Assembly (NCBI RefSeq): GCF_009834535.1 | Contig: NC_045697.1 | Location: 18,230,001-18,294,000, forward strand | From: Camelus ferus | Taxonomy: Eukaryota | Direction of reading: 5' to 3' | Length of the DNA: 64,000 nucleotides | Program-made: the position numbers and the translations under genes | Shown here: positions 26,082 to 39,029 of the stretch, piece by piece | How the letters are laid out: every line of letters starts with the position of its first letter | Numbering within the stretch: position 1 is the stretch's first letter | The notes under the pieces: generated by a model | Told to the model about the DNA's origin: nothing | The model's database searches: none | The model's input: the letters and a program-made list of their open reading frames with translations, nothing else

Positions 26082-27065
26082 TGGTATAAAAATAATTTTT
26101 ATTTACTACTGTAAATAAAGTAGTGCAAAGAGTAGTTTGAACCCACAATATTGCATTACTGATTTATCTACTACCTTAACAGCATACAGTGTTCAGACAG
26201 TCTGCTCTCTCTTCCTTTCCCTCCCTTTCTCTCTCACACACACGTGCACACACACACACACCCCTACACAGACTCAGGCAAGCGTAAGGGGGCAGGAATG
26301 AGACTATGAGCTGAAGGCTTGTTTTCTGCATGTTCCACTGCTGCCAGTCTATTCTAATAGGTAAGTCATGGAGAAGACTACACTTCAATACTAAGAATTT
26401 TCTAAATGTTATTGTATGGATTGCAATTGAAAAAAGAAAGAAAACGATATCCAACAGTGTCATTAAATGATTCGGAAGCACTACGACCCTAGAAAACCTC
26501 AAGGAGAAAAATGTAAACCAATTTACAAAGCCATCGCCTTCCCTGTATTTCCAGCTATAACCTATTTATTTCAAGGTGCCTTAGAACTGCTGGGTCTTGG
26601 AAGTCAAATTGAAATCTGCCCACGGGACAGCGAGTAGCAGAGCAGTGGCAAACACACGTACCAAAATATTATCTGAGTGGTAGAGAAGTCATGATTTTCT
26701 GTTCTTTAATAAAAGGGAATGAGCAAGGGGCTAAGATTCTTAAAATATATGTCAGTGTGTAAGGATTCAGATCCACCACAGGACAAACTGACTTCCTCAT
26801 ATACACAATCATCCGTTAACCTCCCTGACGTGCCCCTGTGATCAGGATGTTCCTTGTATTTATCTGCTAACCTTTGGTATAACCACTGTCTGCTCTGGGT
26901 ATTTCCTTAGTTAAAAAGAAAAAAAAAAAAAAAAAAAAGATACCGAGTGCAAAATTCGCATCCAGTTCACAAGACGTTTAAGGTCTGTAATGCCCTGGCC
27001 CCAGTTTTCCAATACCAGCTGTTGAAAGGATTCTCTCTCATCCAGTGAGACCTGGAGTGTACAGT
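26082..27065 (-). other. SEL1L3: SEL1L3 3' UTR (~1 kb, end inferred)
   Basis: No interspersed repeats between the stop codon and a canonical polyA signal with a CA cleavage site and downstream U tract. Confidence 0.7.
26098..26103 (-). terminator. Polyadenylation signal AATAAA of SEL1L3 (distal); a second AATAAA lies at 26565-26570
   Basis: Plus-strand tttatt. On the minus strand it is followed ~15 nt later by CA (26082-26083) and then a U-rich downstream element (26047-26062). Confidence 0.75.
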
Positions 27066-27239
<174 letters not shown>

Positions 27240-27804
27240 TCAAAACAGTATGTGCAGGACACACAACCACACCTAGACCCTAGCAAGCTAGGAGCGATGC
27301 TTCTAGTCTAGTGGTCCTGACACTAACTAAAAGAGCAACTTGGACCCACGATCTAGGTTCTTTGGACTTTGACGTCCCCTCCTATAACATGGCAGGTTGG
27401 AATAGGCATGCAAAGATCTCAATGGTTCTGACATCCTGAGACTCTAAGTCCTGCATTTATGCTGTGAGTTCTGGGCAAATAATTTAATTTTAAGAAGGAA
27501 GAAAGAAGGAAGGAAGGAGAAAAACTCAATTCTTTGGTCTTTGTTTCCTGTGGTCGTATCTCTTTTTTTCACCTGGTGTGGATGCAATGCAAGCTATGAA
27601 TCATAACAATCAGAAAAGAGTACTGATTTTATTCACATTCTTATCCCATTTGGATGACATTCCAAATGTGCTGTAAATTGCTTTATTTAAGTAAATGTCT
27701 ATAAGTTTTGGCAAACATAATTATTAGGTTTAATTGTTTATCAATCTACCTTTAGTAAAGAGGTTGGACCACCATAAAGGCTTATAAAGTTTTATACTTT
27801 ATGT

Positions 27805-28035
27805 CAGTAGTTTTCAAACTGGGGACTGACTCCAGGGGACAACTGGTAATGCTGGTAGACGTTTTTGGTTGTCAAGACTGGAGGGTGGGGTCTGCTGGCA
27901 TTTAGGGGACAGAGGCCAAGGATGCTGCTAAGTATCGTACAATGCCTGGGACAGCCCCCTCCCCGCTCCCCCCGCCCCCATCAAAGAATGATCCAGCTCC
28001 CAGTGTCACTAGTGGGGAGGCTGACACATCCTGCT
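27805..28035 (+). mobile_element. MER20 hAT element (SEL1L3 last intron)
   Basis: cagtagttttcaaactgggg...tttttggttgtca...agaggccaaggatgctgcta...aaagaatgatccagc. Confidence 0.8.
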
Positions 28036-29749
28036 CTATGTACTGGGACTGAGGGGTGTCCTGGCTCACCAGATGGTGGGTTCTGGAATCTGGCTTCTCT
28101 GCCCTTTATCAGACCCACTTACCTACTTTCCTTCTGCCTCTAAAAACTGGGGAAAATAAGAATACCTATACCTACTGAATTGCTGTAAGCATTAAATGAG
28201 CTCATGTACATATTGTGCTTAGAACAGTGTCTGGCCCTCATAGGTACTCAACACCTGGTTTACTGTTCAAATGTGTTGATTTATCAATTTCTGGGTCTGA
28301 CTTACAGGACCGATGAAAGAGTCAGGGTGTTTATTTCTGGGATGCCTACAGTCCTCTTTTAGCCCCTAGTAGCCTATGAAAACAGCCCAAAATTTGAAGC
28401 CAGAAAGCCCAGGAGCTACATGGTACTAAGAATTAGCAGCTGAGTGATCTTGAGGAAGTTACTTAATCTCTCTGAGCTGTAGTTTCTCTGTCTATACAAT
28501 AAGGGTAGCAGTTTGCAGAAATGTGTGGCTGGCACAGTCCCCAGTTTGTGCGAAGAATGGCTAGTTTGCTTTTAAGCAGTGATCTTAATTAAACTCAGCA
28601 GTCCTTGAGTCTTATACAGTTTTCAGCAGGTGGGACCATCTTTAAAGTCCCCAAATGTCGATCCTGAAATGTACTGACATGTACAAGATACCACTACAAT
28701 GCTGACATTCTGGCTTCTAGATAAACCTTTTAAGAATTTCACCTCCAAGACGCTATTCTAGGAAATTCAGGAATGAGCTGCAAAGCCTCTGGCCTCTTTG
28801 AATACGTACAGGAATTCTCCAAGGAACCCTTTCCAATATCTACAGAAGAGCTTGTGAATCCAGAGACTGTTCTGAAAGACAGGATGGTGGTGGTGGTGGT
28901 AATGGCGGCAGGGTGGGGAGGAGACACTCAGGTGTTGCGTAATGATGTAATGCTTGCAAGTCAAAGCCATCACTCTGGTGGGTGACGTAACCATGGCAGG
29001 GACCAGGAGGCCCAGTGATGCAGTACAAAGACCATTTATGGAGTCAGGAGACCTGTTTTGGGCAAGTCTCATTTATCTACCACTAATAGGTGACTCTGGG
29101 GGTGGATACTGAATGAAGACATTTCAGTCCTAAGATGCTTGGCTCTCACAGGCCTTGGTTTCTTCATCTGTGAATGAAAGGGCTTGGATCCGCTGGTGTC
29201 CAAGACCTTCTTGGGCCCTAAGATTTATCTTTCTGATGCTCTCTGAGGAAGTTAATGAAGTACTAAGTCATGTATTTTTCCTTTTGAAGATCAGGGAAAT
29301 GTTTAAATCACCATGGTAACAAGATAAATCAGCAATCAGTTTTCTGATTAAAACAAAAAAGTGCCAGTGCGTAAATGTAGAAGGAATGCGTAATTAGCAT
29401 CGCCGCCATTTACATTTTCTTGTCAGAGCATAATAAAAATGCTCGACGCTTTTCTCCAGTTAGTTTGTTATTATCCATGTGAGAACTCTCCCATTTCCAT
29501 TGGGGGGTTTGCAGTCACTGGACCAGCACCCCCACGGCTCATCATAATTTTAAAGTGGCCTCTTTGTCTCCGCTCACCTGGAATCCGAGCTAATTTGATT
29601 ACCGGACTTGAATCAAGGTAACCAGGAAAATCAGCGTGCTGCTTAAAAAATTACAGAGTATTTTCCAGAGCCAAAGAAATGATTGTTGGATTATTTGCTG
29701 CCTGGGGGACCATTTTCTATACATTAGCAAGAATAATCAAGAGCTGGCC

Positions 29750-30081
29750 CTGAGCTGGCAGACTGCAGCCCATGGGCCAAATGTGGCTGGCTGCCTGTTT
29801 CTGTACGGCTTGCAATCTAAGGATGGTCTTTGCATGTTTAAATGGTTGCATAAAAATCAAGAGAAGAGTACTATTTTGTGACATGTGAGAAACATATGAG
29901 ATTCAAATCTTCACATCCACAGCAAAGTTTTATCGGAAACCGGGCACACCATTCGTTTTCCTGTATGGTCAATGATTGCTTTGGCACTAAAGTGAAAAGT
30001 TGAGTGGTTTTGATACAAATGGCCCACAAAGCCCAAATGTTTATTATCTGGCCCTTTATCAAAAAAGTTTGCCAACCTCTG
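29750..30081. mobile_element. MER58B-like hAT element
   Basis: ggcagactgcagcccatgggccaaat...atctggccctttatcaaaaaagtttgccaacctctg; ~330 bp. Confidence 0.8.
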
Positions 30082-31512
30082 TTGCGGACCACTGTAGGAA
30101 AAATATCTGGCTGCCAGTTGACCAGATGGGAGGATATAGGAGAGAAGATATGAGTGAATGTATCGGGTGAATCCAGAGATAATAGAACGTTTACAAAGAC
30201 CGGGGGCAAGGAGGTGAGGGAGGGAAGGCTATGGAAATTATATGCTATGAATAAAATCTAATCTACTTCATTTGGGCCCTGGATCCAGCAAGGCCCAGTA
30301 CATGTATAAGATGCACATCATTTCAACATTTCTTATGAGTAAAGATACCGGGAGGGCACCAAGGGTAATGAGATAGGAGAAAAGTAAAATCTCATCATTA
30401 AATCACCCTGACTTTAAGGCTACTGCTTTTTTCATGAGCACCACTTTGTGACATTTTACTGTAATTTTAGTAGAAACCTCATTAACTGGAAGTGTAGAGG
30501 ACAGGAAAAGAGTAGGAACAGGTTTAATTAATCTTGTTCATACCGTCTTACTCTTTTTAAAAGACCACTAGACTAACTGCTTAGGCGAAAAGGATGAGTT
30601 GGCTTAAATGATGAATGTTTTGAATAGGCTGACATTGGTTTAAAAGGTGACCCCGTCACACCTGAAGCTGCTAGTTGTGCAGACTGTGCTCTGTCCCGTG
30701 CGTTTCATTTAGACATAAAGTCTATAATAACACCAGGAAGGCAGGACTCTCTCTTTGAAGTGATCATTCACATGTTGTCCCTCTAAGTCTCCCCTTCACC
30801 TTCCTGCCAGGCAGCCAGCCGGCCTCCACGCTTCTTTGGTCTCAGGGGAGGCTTGTGGTGGGGCAAAAATGGAGATGGTTCTAGACATACTTTACTTTGG
30901 GAATTTTTTGTTTTTTTCCAAAAGCCCGAGTCTATTAAGGCAATTATGCTTGGCGTCCCTTGACAGGGAGGGGAGAGGGAAAGTGCTTTAGAGATGCAAT
31001 GAGGCGGGGAAAGGAGGCGTACGGACTGTGGGAAAGTGGCTGCGCCTGGCTGTGGGTGTCCCCGCAGCGGGGCCCTCACCTTGTCCCTTCGGCCATCTGA
31101 GAAAGGAAGACTCGAGAGAAAAAAAAGGCTAAGGTGCTCAGCTTTGGCAGAGATGATGGGACTCGCAGGTGACCCAGAAGCTGCAAAGCCAATGGACCTG
31201 GAAGGATGGTGCTGGCCCGGGGCCATGTCTGTTCTGCTATCAGATGGGTGACCATCTGAGTGACGAGTGCTACCCAAGACCTAGGGAACTTGGCATGTCC
31301 CTGGGAGGCACTGGCTTCAAGAAAGACTGAGCTGCTTTGGGGAATGCAAGCTAGGAGTCAAAAACAAGTTCTTTCAAAGGAAATAAAAGAGATTTTTGTG
31401 TACACAGTGGTTTTTTGTGTACTCATTTTTGCACTCTTGCTAGACAAGTCAACAATGCCTTTGTTTAGCTGCTTTAAAAAGAGTTTGATTTATTAATCAT
31501 TTAATTATTTTA

Positions 31513-31614
31513 CTTTGGTGGGGGAGGTAATTAGGTTTATTTATTTTTAGAGGAGGTACTGGGGATTGAACCCAGGACCTCATGCATGCTAAGCATGTGC
31601 TCTACTACTTCCCC
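31513..31614 (-). mobile_element. Vic-1-like SINE with a deletion in its 5' (A-box) part
   Basis: gaggtactggggattgaacccaggacctcatgcatgctaagcatgtgctctactact|tcccc; lacks the gagctatacc present in other copies. Confidence 0.85.
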
Positions 31615-31831
31615 TGAGAGTTCTATGTTTTAGAGAGTCTAACAGCATAGAAAAGCACTCTACACTTGTAATCGTGTCTGCTTATTGATGTAAACCAAGC
31701 TTATTTAAGTGTGAGCATTACCTGGTGTCAGTATGCTTTTTTATTTTATTTAAACATTTTTTTCAATTATTCTTTTTTTAAGCATTTTTTTTCAATTTCA
31801 CATTTTCAAATATTTATTTATTTACTTATAC

Positions 31832-31961
31832 TTTTTTTTTTTTTTTGGTGGGGGAGGTAATTAGGTTTTTGTCTACTTATTTTTAATGGAGGTACTGGGG
31901 ACCGAACCCAGGATCTTGTGCATGCTAGTCCCACGCTCTACCACTGAGCTATACTTTCCCC
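31832..31961 (-). mobile_element. Vic-1-like SINE; T-rich tail extends left to ~31737
   Basis: ggtgggggaggtaattagg...gaggtactgggg..gaacccagg...gctctaccactgagctatac. Confidence 0.85.
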
Positions 31962-32994
31962 CACAGCATACTTTAATTGCACATAAAATGCCCCAGAAGG
32001 CATGACTTCTTAGGAGCTACCAGCTAACATTACTTTTCTTTTTTTTCTGTCTTTATAACTGGCTCATTCTTTTTCCAGCTAACATTTCTTGGGTTTTAAG
32101 TCCTCGGCACTGTGTGATCTCATTTGATTCTCTCAACCACAGTCCGAGGTAGGCGTACTACTATTTCTGCTGTTGTAGAGAACGGGAAACTAAGGCACAG
32201 ATAGGTCCCTCCCTTGCCCAAGGTCACACAGCTTGCGACGGGCCAGAATCTTGGCGGCCCGTGCTATTAGCTACCGTCCCGCGCTGCTAGCCTTCTGAAC
32301 GCAGGACAATTTAATGTGGCGAATGCGGTGAAGTGTTGAGTATATATCACAGAGCGCATAAACTCAGGAGGAAAATGAAGGTAGCTGGAGCTGAACGCGA
32401 AATGGATGGACAGCTCAATTTAAAGGTCTGACCATAAATCATTAGTTTTTAAAAAACAACTGACTGGAAAAAATGCAAATCATGAAGTGATGAAGATCCC
32501 CTCACTTACAGCACACCCCTCACAAAAAGTGACTTAAGGGAGGCTCCCAGCTCTCAAACCCTGCCCCTCCTGACTCGGGCAGTCAGCACCCAGGGGGCCG
32601 TACTGTGCCTGCTTCACGGCGCCACGGTTACCACCAGCGTCGACTCCGTCTGCCCCACTCCTCCCCGTGGGGCGGGTCATGGACCGTGGGCACCGTCTGA
32701 TCAGGGAGACACCAGAGGTGGACTCTTTGCCCTCTCAGTGCTCCCCCCTGCAGTGCTTCTCCCCTGCTTTTTGTGCCTGGACGGCTCCTGCCCCATCGCC
32801 TAGTCACTGACAGAGAACCTTCCTGTTTCAAGTTATTGACAAATTTGCACTATGTTGAGGACTTTAAAAATAATTTACTACATGTTTTAATTCAACACTA
32901 GTTCTAACAGGGCTGGTAGGTACCACTGTGGGGGCATGTTTTGGAGATATGTGGAGATTTTATTTTATTTTATTATTATTATTTTTTTTACTTC

Positions 32995-33168
32995 CAGGCC
33001 CTTAGGACTCTAAGTGTGGTCCATGGTACAGCTGCTTGGACATAATCTGAAACCTTGTGAGAAAGCCTGGATCTCAGAGCCCATCTCAGACTGATTGACT
33101 CAGAATCTGCATTTAACCAGTTCCCTGGGAGATTCATGTGCATATTAAAATTAATAAGTACGGGGCTA
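32995..33168. mobile_element. MER5-type hAT MITE
   Basis: aagtgtggtccatgg...tcagaatctgcatttaacca...gagattcatgtgcatattaaa. Confidence 0.7.
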
Positions 33169-35093
33169 GAATTTACATATTGGAATATATATTATTTTAA
33201 TTACTTTCTTTTTCTTTCTCTTTATATTGTTTGTTAGGGCATTATTTTTTAAAATAGGTGTGTAGGCAGATTACTTGTCGTTTATTTCAGGGTACCAAAA
33301 ATCTGTTAAAAAATATGTCTTTATGTAAGGGGACAACGGGTCAGAGACAGATGGTAGCCACAGTTTTAAAGTATTGTGAGTGTGGAAAACTTTGGAATTC
33401 TGTTGCCCTGCATCCTTTCTTGGACTTGACTGTATGATTTTGGGCAGGCAACATCATTCCTTTGGCCTCAATTTCTTCATCTATAACATGAAGGGCATAG
33501 AATTAAATTATTTTAAAAACCCTATCCAGACTTTTCCAACATGAATCAAGAGGGGGCACAGTATGTACAGGAAGAAGCAAGCGAAAGAGTTTGAAGACAT
33601 GAAGAAGAAATGTGTGAAACAGCAAAGGGTACATAGGAAGGGAAACAATCTCAAAAGGCAGGAGGGACAGGGAGACGGGAAGGTGGAGGGACTGACAATG
33701 AAGTCGCAGAGAGAAGAAACAAAAGACGGCTGCGGATAAAAGTCATTCCACCAGCCCATGAATTTTCATGGCTACCAGCTGGCATAAAATCATAAAGACA
33801 ATTTTCAGCTCCTCTAACAGAATTGCATTTGTAATAATCATAACAATATTTCTACAGAGTAAAAATGACAAAGATAATTTGAAATGGAAAACACTGGCAA
33901 GATGCAAAATAAATGTGCTATACCTGGCAACAAATTTAGGGACGGGACAGAATTTGCATGAAGAAAATGGATCAGCCAGCCGGCTACAGGGCATCAAATC
34001 TGGAAGGGCTTTTGATGGTTCCTTGCTAACCTCCTCAGGTAAATCAGAGGGAAGTGATTCCATATTAGCCTCGTGGAACAGTGGCTTCCATCTCACCACC
34101 GAATCTGTGGTGAAGTGCTCTCCTTTCGCCTTTCATCATCTGTGACATGAATAACGGCTGTGCAAATGCTCCAGCGCCATGTCTGGTCCTAACATTTCTA
34201 CTTGTAAACGTCCCCACTGGTGTTAGTGAGGGATTCTGTCCTGCCGTAGCCATCCAACGTGGTGGGAGTGGGAATTCACCACTGAGAGATGCTGGCAAAA
34301 TTGAGCACCTACTAAGTGTGAGATGGGGCCAAGGCCTCCCTCTGACTCTGCCTGTGGTCTTATAGAGAAGATAAACATGACAGCTAACACTATTGTATGT
34401 CAAATAAATAGAACAGCTAATATTAACTCCAGTGGTCATTTTGGCGTCTTATGTGTATTTTTTTCACTGAACCCTCCTGATATCCCCGAGAAGTAGCTAC
34501 TGTTAGAACCTCATTTTATTGATGAGAATCTGAGGGATCAGGAAGGTGAGGTAACTGGTCATATGTCACACTTAAGTGAACAGCTAAGCCTGGACTCTAC
34601 ACCAGCTCGAAAGGACAGGGGTGCCTATCTCCTTAAGTCCTGCCCTGCACTAGCTCAGAGAGGTGACAGTGATGAGTGGAAACCACACTAGACCACACGC
34701 TGGCTTCACAGTCCTCCTCGGCGCCTCTCTCTGAATCTATGTGGCTGGGTATTCATTACAAGTGCTTGTTTATTATCCCACAGGTTTGACTACTTCACCA
34801 GGATAAACAGGAAGACTTCGTGCTGGAGGGGCCTCAGAACTTGGATTTTAAGGCACACAAGGTATAGTTTTGATAGCAGGTGTACTTTCAACAGGAGAAG
34901 ACATTTTTGCCCAATTTCTTCAGCATCTTGTTAAAAAAGAAAATTCTGCGTACTTTGAAAAATACAATTGGAGCCTTTCATCAGCCAGAGGTCACGTTAC
35001 AGCCCTCGGGGTGACCCCCACACTGTGAATGACCATCCTAATGGCCTGAGGAGGAACAGTGTCATTTTTCCAGAGGGGGGGAAAGAATCCCTA

Positions 35094-35444
<351 letters not shown>

Positions 35445-35999
35445 TTATGACCCGTATTAGCAGATCCTCAAACCCACATCCTTCTGCTTCAGGTCAAAAG
35501 AACACACGTAAAATGAGAAGAAAAAGAAATAGAGCCAGTTCTAAAGAGTTTAGTCCTGCCCTGAAATTCTAGGATTCTGGCAGAAATCTCAGAAAAAGGT
35601 CAGTCCTGTCCTTCGTAAAAAGCCAATAGGTCAAGGAGGACCTTAAAGCGCGGGGGCTGCTGAGCAATACTTCTCTCCGAGTGTCTGTCTAAAGTCCAGA
35701 CATTGGAATGCCTCCCCATCTTGTAGAACAGCATGCGGATCAGACACATTATTTTTTCCACGATCATTGAAAACCTTGGTCAGCATTTTAACTTCAGATC
35801 AATTTAACTTAGTATCATAAGCCTCAGATACTAAAAAAAGGAGTGAATTTGGGTCCAGCTTAGTGTTCTCTAATGGAAACAAATCCTGAGCCCTTTACAA
35901 CCACTGACATTAGGAAATAAGAATAAGGCTAACTGAAACCAAAAGCAAACAGCACCCACTTGGGTTCCCCCAGTGGAAAATAAAGAGGCTCTGAACTTA

Positions 36000-36152
<153 letters not shown>

Positions 36153-37099
36153 TCATTCCCTCCGTATAATAAAACCTAGACGCACACCCTTTGTCAGAAT
36201 GTAAACTTTTACAACATTAAGATTTTTTTTCAGTCCCTAGAGCCAGATGGTTTTGTCATCTTCATTGATGAATTGTTTCCCTAAATATATGCATCTGAGA
36301 AATTTATTTGCAGGAGAACCAGGAGGCTTTCAGAAGATGCTGCGTCCCATCTGCTCAGAGCCAGTCAACCAGGGGAATCTGTCCTTTCCTGCTCACTCTC
36401 TCGAAACAGAACCTGCTGGAAAATGTGCCCTTGTATCACCAACAAAACCAGAATATCGAGTCAAAGGCAATGTCCGTCACTTACAGACTACACCCTGGGT
36501 CACCACCAGCAAGTCAGAAATCTAACAAAATGTTTTTGTGGCTAGGGGTGCTACTCATGGCTCATGTTTAAAGTAGAGAGGGTCTCTGATGCACAGAATA
36601 ATGTGTAGGTGTTTGTCTCATCTTCCCTAGGTCAGCGTGGAAAACCTCTTCTCTCGATTACTTTTGGCACAGACCCCCTCTCTGGTACGCTTCCCTACCT
36701 CTTTCTTATTATACATTGTGTTCTTGACTCTTAGGGGTAGGACCTGCCTTGTGGGGCTGTGAAGGTCCAATACAACAACACAGTTAAGAGCCTGATGATA
36801 GAGGTGCTTCATGAAGGATGGAAACTATCATAGCACCTGGAAGAGAGGCACTGTCCACTGTGAGCTGAGCATGTGGCCAGACCAAGAAATAAAGAAACAA
36901 TGAGGTGTTACTTATATTTAGGGCTTTATAAATTTCACTGAATTGTTGCCCTTCAAAGAATTAATGGTCACGCTTTAATGACTTATATCCTCCCTGCTAC
37001 CTTTCCTTTCATTTAGTTGATTCTAAATAAAAATCACCCCCCCCCGGGTTGTAAACACCAGGGCTCTCACAAGTAGGCTATGTGATAATCATGATAAAA

Positions 37100-37340
37100 A
37101 TAATGGCAGCCAGCATTTTCTGAGTGCTCGCTGTATGTGAGGCATTGCTCTGTTTTTTATATATTTATTTAATCCTTATAACAACAAATTGAGATAGGTA
37201 CTATTATCCTTCTTCATAATCAGCTGAGGCACAGAGAAGTTAAGAAATCCACCCTAGGTCACACCGCTGGAAAGGGGCAGATCTGGGATTAAAACGCAAG
37301 CTGACAGGGTCCAAAGTCTCAAATCTTAACCTGCACCATG
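37100..37340 (-). mobile_element. MIR SINE
   Basis: atttaatcct...aggtactattatcc...ctgaggcacagagaagttaag...aggtcacac. Confidence 0.75.
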
Positions 37341-37429
37341 CTGCCAAATAACCTCTAAACAGATAAAAGTGTTAGGCATCTTTAAATTTCACACAGACAC
37401 ACACAGACAGACAATAGACTGTTTCTCTA

Positions 37430-38090
37430 CTTCTTGAAAGGAAAGTATTCTTAAAGCTTGAGGTATTAGAAAAAAATGACTTTATTAAATTTTAAAGTCT
37501 CTGAATGACGGAAACATAATAAGACTAAAATAAATGGGAAAATGGACTAGGGGAATATTTGTCTGTAATGTAATAGTTTAAGGTTCATTATCTACTGGGC
37601 AAATGTATAAAGAACTAATTATAATTTAAATTAAAAAAATATCAAAACTCCAAAAGATAAGCAGGCAAAGAGTAAGAATAGAGAATTCACATAAGAAAAT
37701 ATGAAGAGGAAATTATCACAAATACATGTCAAGATGTCCATCCCCAGTAGCAGTCAAATAAATACAATTTAAAACAATAAGGAAGTATCAACTTATAATT
37801 ATTCAATTAGCAAAACTAAGTTGTGAAAACATCCAGTGCTAACAAGATTTCAGTTATCCTTTTATACTTAAGCACTGCTTGGTGATGTATTAATTGGGAA
37901 ACCCTTTCAGAAAGCCAATTGGCAACATACTATTATTATGTCGTAGCCATAAAAGCATTCTGGCTGTTTGACTCAGTAATACTATCCCTCAGATTATATA
38001 GAAATTATTCAAATGGAAGTAAAAAAATGGAAATATGGAAGCATTCATTGTAGCACTAGCTATAATTACAACGTAATTGGGAACGACCTT
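37430..38090 (+). mobile_element. Old L1 (L1ME-like) fragment
   Basis: A-rich degenerate ORF2 end (aaataaatacaatttaaaacaat, gaaagccaatttggcaa, tttgactcagtaat). Confidence 0.6.
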
Positions 38091-39029
38091 CACGTCTTCC
38101 TTAATAGACTGTAAATCCCATGAAGACAGAAATATTGTCTATCTTTTAATCCTCCGTCCCCACCGCTAAGCTGTGTCTAAGATGTGACAGGACTACATAA
38201 ATATGTGCCAAATCAACAAATAAATTAGCAAACAAGAGAATAAATGACCACCAATAAGATAAAACTTAATAAATTACAGTCTATCAGCTCAACAGACTAT
38301 GAGGCAGCAGTTAAGAGTAATAATTACAGACACCCTGCAATAAAGTGCACGCATTCCTACAATACGTGAAAAGAGGCAGGTTTTTCAAGTGGACACTAGT
38401 TACCATTACAGAGATCCACTCGCCTGTGGCCAGGACTAGACAGGGACATGAAAACTGGAGGAATAAAACTCTTGACATGGAATTGTGGGCGCATTCTTTG
38501 ATTTTTTTTCTCTTTAAAAATTATTTTTTAATATTTTTATAACATTTTCTTCCAAACAAATAAAAATCAGAACTGAAAAAAAAAAAAAGAGGTCCAGGCC
38601 TAATTCTGAGTAACAGCAGGAATCATCCAGGGGAGTGTGGCTCTCTAGCAAGTCCTTTCAGCACCAATAATTCAATAGCAATAGAGCAGATCATGCGCAC
38701 TGAGCTTGCTCAGGGCTGGGCTCCGTGCGTTACGTCAAACATCGCATTTAATCCTCATAACCTATGAGGGAGAGGCTGTCATTAACCCCGGTTCACAAGT
38801 GAGAACACGAGGACAGTGACTGAGGGACTTGCCACGTCCAAACAGCTGTGAAGTGACAGGGATGTGGGTAAAAGTAAAAGCAATACTTCCTTCAAAAAAA
38901 GATTGAGATGGGGAGGAGTGTCCACCTTTTGCTCTGTGAGCAGATCACAAACCACCACACCAGGAACCTGTGGCTTAAGAGGGTAACAACTATTTCAGCC
39001 TCCGTCATGAAACGGCCCTGAGATTCTCA

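Noticed and set aside
33743..34099. 118-aa minus-strand ORF in the last intron
   Set aside because: Starts at GTG inside the candidate donor, is not in frame with SEL1L3 through any acceptor I could support, and has no recognisable homology.
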